DNA from: Octopus vulgaris | Lineage: Eukaryota | Direction: 5' to 3' | Length of the DNA stretch: 64,000 nt | Assembly (NCBI GenBank): GCA_951406725.2 | Contig: OX597819.1 | Location: 81,530,001 to 81,594,000 of the forward strand | In this document: piece by piece, positions 27,301 to 40,065 of the stretch | Layout: the number at the start of each line of letters is the position of its first letter | How positions within the stretch are numbered: the stretch's first letter is position 1 | Notes under the pieces: generated by a model | Told to the model about the DNA's origin: nothing | Databases searched by the model: none | The model's input: only the letters and a program-made list of their open reading frames with translations | Translations under genes and position numbers: made by a program

Positions 27301-30300
27301 AAAAATAAAATGTACATAATACAAATCAAGTTTCTGCATTGCTTATTTGACCTTGTTGTGGCCCATAATATGATATTCAAGTTTGTTGTAAACAATAAGT
27401 TTACTTAGAACATATAACCCTAGAACTTATCAGTAAATAAATGTGTATGCATGAAACCCATACTGACATGCAAATGAGCATGTAGATATAACTAAGGTTT
27501 ACTCATATATTTATCACCATTAATATATATGCATCAAGAGGGTCAAAATAGTGCTGCACAGCTAGAGTAGTCATAGGAACTGCAGGAATGGGATGGTGAG
27601 TTCAATGTTTCAGGGGTGAGAAGAGAAACAATGGATATAGAAATGGCAGTGAGCTTGTAGTGAACAGAAGTAGACAGACAGAGGTTGTCAATAATGATAG
27701 AGATATCTTGGAAGCTGATAGAAGTGCCAGGCCAGATAGGGAAGAAGTGAATACTTGGACTGAGTGGAACGAATTAGTGTAAATTGCTATCTGGTAAGGG
27801 TGATGGCTCCACTGAAGTTGTAGGCAATGCTAACTGAGACAGATTTGCAAGCCCACAAAATATTCATTGGGAGTCAAAGACAGTTATCTCTCCTGATCAA
27901 ACATTGTAGAAGATTTCAGAAAATTCTAGGCAAACATGATTAACTCCCCCTTTGCTAATGTACTACGCATAACTTCAAAATAACACACAGGAGGTCACCA
28001 GTAGCACATTACCTATTTAAGAGGCATTCCTGCTTAAATCAGCCTCTCTTCTCTAACTGCTTCTTCGAGATATGACAAGATCCACTGCGACCTAGAGAGA
28101 GCGAGGCCATGAATTCAATATCTGGTTTCTTACCAAAAGCTCATCATGGTATTCAACATCTAGCGGAAAGTAAATCTCATAGCTTGATTTATTTCTATTT
28201 TACTCAAAGTCATCATGGAACATGGCAAGTTGTTCAAAACCTTTCTTCTTCTCAGAAATCTTTATTGAACATAGTGTACTCACTGTACATATTCATTTAT
28301 CACACACTGGAATAAAACCTTTAACATGAAGTTATTCACACAGAATGAGTGTTATTGTCTTTTACTGCACAGAGGTATTTCAATGGTTATTGGATTAATA
28401 ATTCAGCCCAATTATTGAAGTGTTGACATTTTTATTAGTGACTTCTCATGCTAAAAAGTCATAAATAGAGTGATGATAGAGGGCTGGGTTGAATGGTCCC
28501 AGTAAACTGAGCAACAATCTAAGTCTCAATGTATATATGTGAATTTGCTTGTTATTGCATGGGTATTTATATTTGCATGTATACAAGTGTCATACACATA
28601 CACATATTGTTAATTATGTTAATTACTGTGAGATTGATCATTTATCCTTAAATGTGTATGCACATGTGTGTAAGGCCATGAAGATATGAAGTTTGTTTAT
28701 ACTATTCTTATGTATGTGTGATCCTATTTATGTTAATGCCTGTTATACATGTTCCCGTATATGCGTGTACCTTTGTAAGAATATTTTGTAGCAAATAGCT
28801 AGATTTTGATGATTTGCATGTATATGTCTGTACAAGCATGTGAATGTATAAAGTTGTTGACAAGCTGTCTACAGGTCACTGACCTGACCAATGCAAACCA
28901 CCCTCACCTTACTTAAAACAGGCCAATAATCTTCCACTCCCTTCCCATTCCTATCCCCACATCCTTCTTCTTTTCATCCCCTCATTGTCACCATTAACTT
29001 CACTCTTTATCAAAATTTCTTTCCTCTCTCCAACCACTTTCCTCCCATGCATGATCAATAACTAATTCTGTCAGATTAAAAATAAAAAGAAATCATTTTT
29101 TGCTCTTTCAAACAACGAATAGTTTTAAATGTTGGAAACCCTTTCAATAATATGCACACCTAAGAAGCTTTATATTTTACCTATAGATACAATATTTTTG
29201 CACAAGGTGGTGAGTTGGCAGAAAAGTCAGCTCGCCGGGCGAAATGCTTAGCGGTATTTCATCTGCTGCTACGTTCTGAGTTCAAATTCTGCTGAGGTCA
29301 ACTTTGCCTTTCATCCTTTTGGGGTCGATTAAATAAGTACCAGTTATGCACTGGGGTCGATATAATCAACTTAATCCATTTGTCTGTCCTTGTTTGTCTC
29401 CTCCATGTTTAGCCCCTTGTGGGTAATAAAGGAATAGGTATTTCATCTGTTTTCATGTTTTGAGTTCAAATTCCGCCAAGGTCGACTTTGCCTTTCATCC
29501 TTTCGGGGTCAATAAATTAAGTACCAGTTGCATATTGGAGTTGATCCAAAATTTCAGGCCTTGTGCCTAAAGTAGAAATGATACAGTTTTTGCACTGATG
29601 CAGTGATACCGCCAACTGTTTCCCAGAATTCTATTATTCTACATGTGTGTGTGCATCTATGTTTGTACATATTGGGGTAAAAAGTGGGTTACATAAAAAG
29701 GTGACTAAGTCATTTGATACATAGAGATCGATAAAAAACACAAACTACCAGACTGAAATAAATATTGAGATAAATACTCAATATAACTGGTTAAACCTCT
29801 TGAATGCAGTGCCCCAGTATGGCCAAAGTACAATAAGTGAAACCAGTAAAATAATAATAATAATAATAATAACAACAACAACAACAATAATGAAAGAATA
29901 TCGCACAGCTGATGCATTGATATATTGTATGTTGCCATCAAATTTGCAAAGTGTCTTTGGTTAAAACAATAACCTTCTTCATTTGCTACTAAATTAGGGG
30001 CAGGTCAACTCTGATTCAGTAGATCTATGATTAAAGGTATTCCAGCCAAAAGTAATCATTTATTGTTGTTGTTGTTGTTATTATTATTATTGTTATTATA
30101 ATTATTAAGGTGGTGAGCTGGCAGAATTGCTATCAAGCCAGACAAAATGCTTAGAGACATTTTATTCATTTTTTACATTTTGAGTTCAAATCCTCTCAAG
30201 GTCAACTTACTCTTTTATCCCTTCGGGGCTAATGAAATAAGCACTAGTTGAGCCCTGAGGTCAATGTAATCAACTAGTCCCTTTTCCCATAATTTCAGAT

Positions 30301-30337
30301 CTTGTTCCTATAATAGAAAAGGTTATTATTATTATTA

Positions 30338-30390
<53 letters not shown>

Positions 30391-31599
30391 GTTATTATTA
30401 TTATCTTTATTATTATTACCATCATCATTAAGGTGGTGAGGTGGTAGAGTTGTTAGTATGCTGGACAAAATGCTTAACAGTATTTTGCCCATTGCTACAT
30501 TCTGAGTTAAAATTCTGCTACAGTCAGCTTTACCTTTGCCTTTCATCCTTTCAGGTTTGATAAGTTAAGTACCAGTGAAACACTGAGGGGTCGATGTAAT
30601 AGACTAGTCTCCTTGCCCCAAATTTCAGGCCTTGTGCCTTTAGTAGAAAGGATTATTATTATGATTGGCTGTGAGGTAAGTAGCTTGCTTACCAACCACA
30701 TGGTTACAGGCTCAGTCCCACTGCATGGCACCTTGGGCAGCCATTTGGCAGAATCATTACAGTGCTGGATAAAATGCTCAGAAGCAATTTTTCTGGCTCT
30801 TAACATTCTGCGTTCAAATGCCACCAAAGTCAATTTTCCCTTTCATCCTTTCAGGGTCAATACAAGTTGAGCACTAGTAATCAACTTACTCCATCTTCCT
30901 AAAATTCTTGACTTTATATCCAAACTGAAAACAATTATTATTACTGTGACAGCAGAAGGGGAAGTGCTACCTCTCAGTGAATTTGTGAAAAGATGGGTGA
31001 CTGTAGCAAAAATGATTAGGTGAATGGCCCTACTATAAGCATGCACCTGTAAATTGCACAGCACACAGCAACAGTTGGGTAAGGACTTATGCCTTTGGTG
31101 GTCAAGGTAATCCTGTACTTGTGCAGTTCAGTTCATTGATTGTTTCTAGTTGGAGTCTCTCCAGTATCAGGAAGATTGCATCATCTATGTTATTACATAC
31201 TTTGTATATTACATATATTTTTATTTCATTTCACTATCTTTTTCATTTCTTTCTCCTTATCTTTTATGTAAACTACCACACAAATTATAGACTGTCCTTG
31301 TGATGTTCCCTTCACTTATGCCCTTATGTTTAATAAAAGAAATCATTATCATCATCATCATCATCGTTGCTGTTGTTGTTGTTGTTAAGGTGGTGAACTG
31401 GCAGAATCATTAGCAAGTTGGGCAAAATGCCTAGCAGCATTTCATCCATCTTCACATTCTGAGTTCAAATTCCACCGAGGTCAGCTTTACCTTTCATTCC
31501 TTTGGGGTCGATAAAGGAAGTACCAGTTCAACAATTGGGGTCCATCTAAAAGACTTATACTCTCCCTCAAAATTGCTAGCCTTGTGCCAAAATTTGAAA

Positions 31600-31660
<61 letters not shown>

Positions 31661-32000
31661 GATTATTATTATTATTATTATTATTATTATAATTATTATC
31701 TGTAGACACAGAGAGTCTAAGACTACATTATTCACTTTGTTCTTTTTAAATCGATCAGATGTAATATGAAAAATATTTGGTTACTATGCTGCTTTGTTTT
31801 TAGCAAACTTTGATATTCTCAATGCTTTGCATTCCTTACATTTAGTTAACAACATATTATAAAGGCTGTATATTCAAAAGTGAAGACTGATTAATATTTA
31901 AAGAAGTTGGTTTACTACTGTATTTACACAGCTTCTTCATTAAGAAGCTATAGTAATATATCTGTGCTACTAACACCAACAATTGCCCCTTTAATCTTAG

Positions 32001-35000
32001 AATTGATATGTAATCTGAAGATCAGGTAAGAGTTATCTAACAAATATCTGTAATGTCAATGCTGTGCTAATATTAGTAGTGCCAAACGAAAGATAGCCTT
32101 ATAATGAACCAGCAAAGAAAACCACCCAGACTTGACTAAATGGCTCCAGATAGTCTATGAGAGACAGGAAAGATTATAGAATATTTAGTATTGAGTTTGT
32201 TGAGGCACAAACAGGGAAGCTGGAAGTTTTTTTAATGGTATTAAGTAATGAATTTCATTGGGTAACAGTGAAGACATAACCAATATATACAAATCACATA
32301 ATTGTTATACAACAAGCAAATAATTTCAAATCTTTATGAAATCTTAATTAAGCTATTTTATTTACAAAGTAAATTAATTTAATCATATTTGTGACATTAT
32401 CATTGCTGTTTTTATTTGTGTAAAATAATAAGGAATTTCTTCAAACCTTTTTTTTTTTCTCTCAAATTTTTTTATCTAAAATTTTATACAGTTGCCAAAT
32501 CTTGTTTCTTGACAAAGAAGTTGCAAAGAAAGGTTAGGAAATGATTCAGCACAAATTATTGCAACATATTATGAATGGCTATTTACAAGTTTTATCAAAA
32601 TACATTGAAATTATTCAGACATCTTAAGTAAAAACAGCTCTAAGATGTTTGCTATGCAAATAATAAACAGATGTTTCTTTCAGACAACAAGATAAGAGAA
32701 AAGGCTGCGCCCTTTGAAACATTGATCATGGTGTGGTAATAAAATATCCTAAAAGAAGATAAGACCAAAAATTAGGGTTTGAAATTGAAACAGAATCTTC
32801 CCAAAATATCTATTTTGTCAAAGAAATTGCATTGATGGAGTCATTAATTAAACTTTCCAACAAGAATCCTCATTTTGATCCTCGGATGTGCTGATCTGCA
32901 GTATTGCAGCTCTCAAACTACATCAGCATCATATCTGCCGTCAGTTAATTCCTGTATATATATTAACATTTTGTTAAGGCTAGATTTAACTTACTTTCCT
33001 CAACTTATTATTCATCATACCACATCTGCAGTTATTTATCTAATAACCAGTCACAACATATCTTACATTTCAATTGGAATAGTTTTTGATTTGTCCTATT
33101 CACCAGATCCATAGGTGAATTAGAGCATGACTTATAGGTAAACAAAATAATTAAATACACACACACACACACACACACATTAGACTGATAAAATATAAGA
33201 CTAAATTTCTTACAGAATATAGTTTTGTTTTTATCTTTTTTAAACTCTTTTGATACCAACCCGCCAAAGACTGCTGTTGGTTCTATTAAACAAACTTCCC
33301 GTTTAAAGTAATGTAAATTAAGACCTTTCTTTAAAATGTCGTGCTAATTTATGTTCTAAACACAAGTTTGATAATGACAAATTTATAATATTTAATATGT
33401 CATTATTTTTGAAATTAATTAAAACAAAAGCATTGTATTTCAGCAGAAATATAGTAACAATATAATAAGAATATGGTTATGCTCAAATTTTAAAGTCATT
33501 ACCTAAAAAATGATATAAGGAGTGCTAGAGTCAATTCAATTGACTATATATTACTAGTCAGCAATGAGAAATAAGTTTATCAGAAGCATATATGATATCA
33601 CTCTAGATATATTTCAGCATTTAATTTCAGCAGACACTGTATAATTTGGCCCAATAAATGTTGTCTGAAAAAATAAATAAATGAAAATAAAAGATTAAAA
33701 AATAGATGAATATTAACTGGCTGGGATGGTTAGAGCGGGAAGCCATTTAATTTTTTAATCAGGGCTAAATTGAGGCAACAACAACAACAATAACAACAAC
33801 AACAACAGCAATAACCTGTGCTTTTATGAAAATAATCATTCAATTCTACTCAATAATCAATTTTAGCAAGCAGTCGTAAATCACGTAATTCACAAATGAT
33901 TATAAAGATGAGGTTGCCTGTGATGGTTATAATCATGATGATAACAACAATGATGACTGCAATGACAACAATTAGGGGTCCCCATGTGGCTGCTGAACCA
34001 ATTAGAAATAGCAGACAAATCTTGCTCAAATCACACATCCTCCCATTTTTTTTTTTTTAAATGAATATATTAAATAAATCTAAATCGGATACTTTGGTTT
34101 ACTCAAAACCAATAAAGTCTTAATGATGCTGAAAGACATACAAAAGGTATCATATTAATAATATCAACAGAAGAATTCAAAAAATTTTTAAGTGATTATA
34201 TATAAATGTTCTTAAAAACCCTTGTATTAAAGTTTTTCAGGCCATCTTTTGTTTAGTTTTCTTCAGGAAGCTGATGTTAAGTCGGTCTACCCTATCCCAA
34301 GCTACTGGAATGTAGGAGAAGACAACATGGAAGGGTAAGCAACTTTTATTATTATTATTATTATTATTAGTACTATTATTATGAAAAAGGAATTTTTTCT
34401 TGATATCTGTTGTATTCATACATTATCCGCAGGGTACCACTCAGACACCTCAAGTTGATAATAGATATGATGTTCTAAACACATTTAATGCAGTTGATGA
34501 TTCTATGATATCACAAAGTGCAGAACTGGATTAATAAAAAAGAGTGTACATATGAGAGCTCAATAAAAAAATTCTATAGATCTATTAAATCTTTTGTGAT
34601 AGTGCTCTACATAAAATGTGTGAAGTGCCCATTAGGATTATTATTTTTTTTTTTTTTGTATTTCTTTTAAACATGGTTTTCATGGTACCACGTCTATGAA
34701 TTTCTCTGTTCCTTTTTTTACTAAGCTGAGTACCCCTATGATAAGTTATTATTTGCATTTCACTTCTCAGAGCTCTTTATGTCACTTGCTCCAGCTAATT
34801 CTGTATGAGCAGACAACAACCTTTTGTCAAGGATCTCATAGGGCCTTTTTCCACAATACTTAATGTCCAAGTACCAATTTCAAAATCCCTGCTGTCCTTG
34901 ACAGAGCAATTTTCTAGGCATGGTCTACTTTCATGTCAATCCCAATTTCTCCAACAAATTTCAAAATGCTCCCAGTGCCCCAACAACTACAGGGATGAGA

Positions 35001-35011
35001 GTTACTTTCTT

Positions 35012-35042
<31 letters not shown>

Positions 35043-35088
35043 TTATTATTATTATTATTATTATTATTTCTTCTTCTTCTTCTTCTTC

Positions 35089-35123
<35 letters not shown>

Positions 35124-36058
35124 GTTGTTGTTGTTGTTGTTGCTATTATTGTTGTTATTATTATTGTTGTTATTGTTATTATTATTGTTGTTGTTATTTT
35201 TTTTTTTTCTTCTTTCAAATTTGCTTCCATTTCTTGCCGAGTGTCTTCCCAACCCCTAGGGCAAAGAAACTCATAGTATACATTGGTAGGCCATTAAACC
35301 AAACTCAATAGTTCGTTCATTTTTTTTATTTTTTTATTTAAGTTAAATTAAAATACATGAGCAGCAACAGTTCTCACATCGACAATGCTCTTCTCAATAC
35401 GTGTGATGTACCAGTTAAGACAATCTTTTGCACTTCTTGCAGGGATGGTAAGCCAGGGATCATTCTCATATAATTTTCGGTTCCCTTCTTGATCATTCCT
35501 AGTGCTCCTACGATCACTGGTATTGTAACCGCCTTGAGATGCCACATTTTCTCAATTTCAATGAGTAGGTCTTTATATTTTCTGAGCTTGTCAAACTCTT
35601 TCACTGAGATATTATGATCACAGGGGATGCTCATGTCGATCAATAAGCAAACTTTATTGTTTTGGTTTTTCACAACAATATCTGGTTTATTGGCCTTGAT
35701 GTTTCGGTCTGTATGTACTGGAAAGTCCCACAGAATGGTTACATTTTCTCCTTCAGTTACAGCCTCAGGGTGGTGATTATACCACTTGTCGGCAGTTTTG
35801 ATATTGTAATGCCGACTTATTAGCCAGTGTAGATATTGGCCAACTCTGTCATGTCTTAATTTATACTCCACTGGTGCTAAGACTTTACATCCAGAGATAA
35901 GGTGGTCCACTGTTTCAATCATGTCGTTGCAGAATCGGCATTTTGGGTCTGCTCCATTTTTCATCACATTGGCCTGGTAGTTCCGGGTTAATAGGCTTTG
36001 ATCTTGAGCAGCCAGGATGAAACCTTCGCTCTCTGCTTTTAGCCCTGAGCTCCGTAGC

Positions 36059-36123
<65 letters not shown>

Positions 36124-36342
36124 GGTGCCAAGCTGGCAGAATCATTAGCACGCCGGGCAAAATGTTTAGTGGTATTTTGTCTTTACGTCCTGAGTTCAAA
36201 TTCTGCTGAGGTCGACTTTGCCTTTCATCCTTTCTGGGTCAATAAATTAAGTACCAGTTGTGTACTGGAGTCAATCTAATTGACTGGCCCCTACCTCCAA
36301 AAATTTCAGGTTTTGTGCCAGTAGAAATTATTATTATCATCA

Positions 36343-36421
<79 letters not shown>

Positions 36422-38244
36422 CATTAGTGGCAATTCATCTGTCCTTACATACTGAGTTCAAATTCTGCTGAGGTTGACTTAATCTTTCATCCTTTTTGAG
36501 TCGATGAAATAAGTACTAGTCAAGCACTGGGTAGATGTACTTGACTAGTCCTCTTCCATTAAAATTTCAGGCTTTGTGCCTATAGTAGAAAGGATTATTA
36601 TCAGTATTATTATTATTATCCCACAAAATATGGAAGTATCAGCTGAACTTTGTGACACAGTAAATAGCTTCTTATCTCAGCTTACAAGAAACGGTTTTCA
36701 TTTTGTTTTCTGTTTCTATCTCAAAGGTAACTGACATTTTTTTTCTTTCTTTTTCTTTTTTTCAATTCACCTTCTTATTTTAAACAAAAGATCACAAGTC
36801 TGAAATCACAAATTTTGGGACCCACATGTCTAAACATAACTAAACATCTTGTTCTGTTTCCAGATTCTGGGGATTTGACTATGTTGGTATAAGTAAATGT
36901 AGCTATTGTCATGTGTAGTGACTGTTTCCAAAAAGGCTAATCCTTGACATTAACCAATACATCTTCTCAAAGAACAACATGGATGCAGATCATTATGTTA
37001 AACTGCTGCACTTCTCACAAACATAAAATGTACATGATTGCTTTGGAAACAAAAAAAAAAAAAGAAAGCCTCCCACATGTACCATTCTAACTAATTAGCA
37101 TCCACAAAGCTTTTGATTCTATTTTTCAATTTCCATTCATACAAAAAAAGACTCCACACCAACTTCAGAAACAACACATAACACTGACCAAATGTTACAA
37201 GAGCATCTCTTTGAGAATCTGCAGTTTCCTATATGGAGCACCATAGTGATGAAAGACAGAGCTGGCCTGAGTGGGATTTGTACTCTTAAAGTAAACAGAC
37301 ACAGGCAGGGCTATATGATAAGAAGCTTGCTTCCCAACCACATGGTTCTGGGTTCAGTCTCTCTCCATGGCACCTTGGGCAAGTGTCTTCTACTATAGCT
37401 TGAGGTTAACCAAAACCTTGTGAGGGGATTTGATAAATGGAAACTGAAAGAAGTCTATCATATAAATGTATGTGTGTGTATATGCATGCGTGCATGTGTG
37501 TCTGTGTCAGTGTTTGTCTCCCCATTACCACATGACAACTGGTGTTGGTGTGTTGGCATCCCTGTAACTTAACAGTTTGGCAAAAGAAAATGGTAGATTC
37601 AACTGAAAATTCTTCAAGGCAGTGCCCCAGCATGGATACAGTCTAATGACTGAAACAAGTAAAAGGTAAAAGATAGTAAAAATACTGCAAGGCATTTTTT
37701 TTTTTTCAAGACAATGATTCCGCTAATTCATCATTGTCGTTGTCATCATCATCATCATCATTATCATCATCATCATCATCATCATCATTGTCATCATCAT
37801 TATCATCATTATGTGGCAGTAATGGTGATGACAGTAAAGTTGATAAGGGTTATGATGATGAAGTGATTGTTGACTAATCTCAGGCTAGTACTGATTGAGC
37901 AAACCTATGTTCAAAGGCATTCCAGCCATGACCATCACACAATTCAATGTTTCCTTTACTATTTTGGAGGGAGATTTGACTGTTTTATCTAGCAGGTCAA
38001 TTAAACAACCACATTGAGGCCTTATTGATTCATTGACGATGTAGCTGATATTAATGGTGATGATGATAGTGTTGCAAAGATTTCAACTATTGTATATTAT
38101 TATGTTCTTTTGCAGTCATTATTTTTCTTTAAAAAAATAGGAAAAAAAGCTAACAATTAATAATTTCAATGCTGGTCAATTATCTTAGATGCCAACAAAT
38201 TATTCCATGCCAAACTTTATCTCAGCATGGGATATGTCAAAGAG
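32001..38244 (+). CDS. Tentative multi-exon host gene segment, product unknown
   Basis: AG/GT-bounded segments 32001-32025, 32492-32532, 32684-32730, 34267-34334, 36864-36886 and 38189-38244 join in phase without stops: LICNLKIS-CQILFLDKEVAKK-DNKIREKAAPFETLIM-EADVKSVYPIPSYWNVGEDNMEG-FWGFDYV-DANKLFHAKLYLSMGYVKE. The exons were picked by eye and the family is not recognised. Confidence 0.35.
34645..35007 (-). mobile_element. Second, diverged R4/Dong-like 3' end
   Basis: The minus strand reads KVTLIPVVVGALGAF, then after a frame break FVGEIGIDMKVDHA*KIALSRTAGILKLVLGH*. A 3' UTR follows, ending in an A-run plus TAA units near 34645. Confidence 0.75.
35200..36060 (-). mobile_element. 5'-truncated R4/Dong-like non-LTR retrotransposon (CCHC finger + RLE + 3' UTR)
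   Basis: ORF 35374..36063 contains AAQDQSLLTRNY, CRFC..ETVDHLISGC, RHDRV, ILWDFPVHTD...KPDIVV, LIDMSIP, KLRKYKDL, IPVIVGALG and QKIVLTGTSHVLRRAL. The 5' junction abuts (TTA)n at 36062, and the 3' UTR ends in an A-run and AAT/AAC repeats near 35200. Confidence 0.93.
35374..36063 (-). pseudogene. Uninterrupted C-terminal 229 aa of an RLE-type retrotransposon ORF (no RT, 5'-truncated)
   Basis: Zinc knuckle and PD-(D/E)xK-type motifs as above. The ATG at 36063 is formed at the junction with the microsatellite. Confidence 0.9.
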
Positions 38245-39326
38245 GTATGTCAAAGAACAGTCACCTTATTTGCCATTGCACAAGAACAACAGCTGGTTAT
38301 TCAGGCTGGTTTGTTGGGTGAATTTAATATGCAGAAGGTTAGCTAGAATAAATAAATAATAATTACAAAGAGTTCTTTTTATTTATTTATTTTTATTTAT
38401 TTATTTATTTATTTATTTATTTTTCAAGATTCTATTTCTATAAAGATTTATTTCATTCATTGAAAAATCTAAATTCTTTACAGTTTCCAAAAGATTTCAT
38501 GCAATTTTTAAAAATTTTCCGCTCAGTTCATTCTGAGTGAATACAGCCATGTAATTTCGACTATCTTCAATTTTTCTATAGTTTTCTGCTTTCCTGAACC
38601 ATTTCTATGTGTATAGAGAGATTGGAGTATTTACCTAGTGTTGTCAGTAACAGGCCGGGACGTATGTCAGCTCGTTAGGAATGGGATGGGTGAATGAATA
38701 ATTAAGGCTATTATAGAAGAATACCATTATAGAGGAAAGGGTTAGAGGTGAAGTGTACTTGCTAACCTAGCTTTTTTTGTTGCCAACAGGGATTACTCAA
38801 ATTTATATACAGAATTCAAATGATAAAACTATATTAACATTATAACAAGCATCTTAAAGTAAAAAGATAAACAACGATTTTTATAAGGAATTAGGTAAAT
38901 AAAGGTGTATCCTGTTCTTTATAAACTCATTTAAATCTTTTCTATAAGAAAATCTTTTCTTAGATACACCTATCCTCCACTTTTCTCAGCTGTAATGTAT
39001 ACCTACTAGGTGCTGGTGGAGCCCTCACTCACTCTATCTGTCATATCCTGGATATTCTATCATCCCCGATGATTTGAATGACCGGGTGTCTAAGTCTTCT
39101 CAAGGCTAAATAAGCACCTAAAACTATTAGTAAAATCATAATACACGTTACCATGCTTGCTTGTAAGAGAGCTGGCTGTACTTGACTGCAGTTATATTTC
39201 ATTTATAAGCGCAAGTGTGGGTGTGTCGTTAAGTAGTTTGCTTTCCAACCACATTCTTTTAAGCTCAACCCACTGTCAGACTCCTTCGGCAGGTGTCTTA
39301 TCCTAAAGTCCCAGGCTGATATAATG

Positions 39327-39370
<44 letters not shown>

Positions 39371-39630
39371 TATTATATTATATTATATTATACAATATGT
39401 ATGTATATACTATATATTATATAATATATATATATATCATATCATATTTTATATATATATATATATAGGTGCAGGTGTGACTGTTTGGTTAGAAACTTGC
39501 TTCCAAACCATATGGCTCTAGGTTCAGTCCCATTGTATGACACCTTGAACAATTGACTTCTACTATAGCCTCAAATCGACCAAAGCTTTGTGAGTAGATT
39601 TCGTAGGTTGGAAACTGAAAGAAGCCTATC

Positions 39631-39748
<118 letters not shown>

Positions 39749-40065
39749 TTGTGTCCACCTCTTTGTATGTGTTTGTCCCCAACTATCACTTGACAACCAG
39801 TGTTGGTGTGCTTACATCTTCATAAGTTAGCAGTCCAGCCAAAGAGGCTAATAAAATAAGTACCAGGCTTAAAAACGTAAGTACCTCAGTATAGCAACAG
39901 TCTAATGGCTCTAACAAGTAAAAGATAAAGGATATATATGTGTATACATATGTATGAATATATGAGTGGTATGTTTGTGTTTCCATGTCTTGACATTGAC
40001 TGGTTGTTGTAAATGAATAGCATTCAGGTCTAATATTCTGCAAAATTATGTCTATCCATGGGGAT

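Noticed and set aside
30107-36328. SINE-B mobilised by the Dong-like element because both abut TTA repeats
   Set aside because: They lie in opposite orientation relative to the repeat strand and share no 3' tail sequence.
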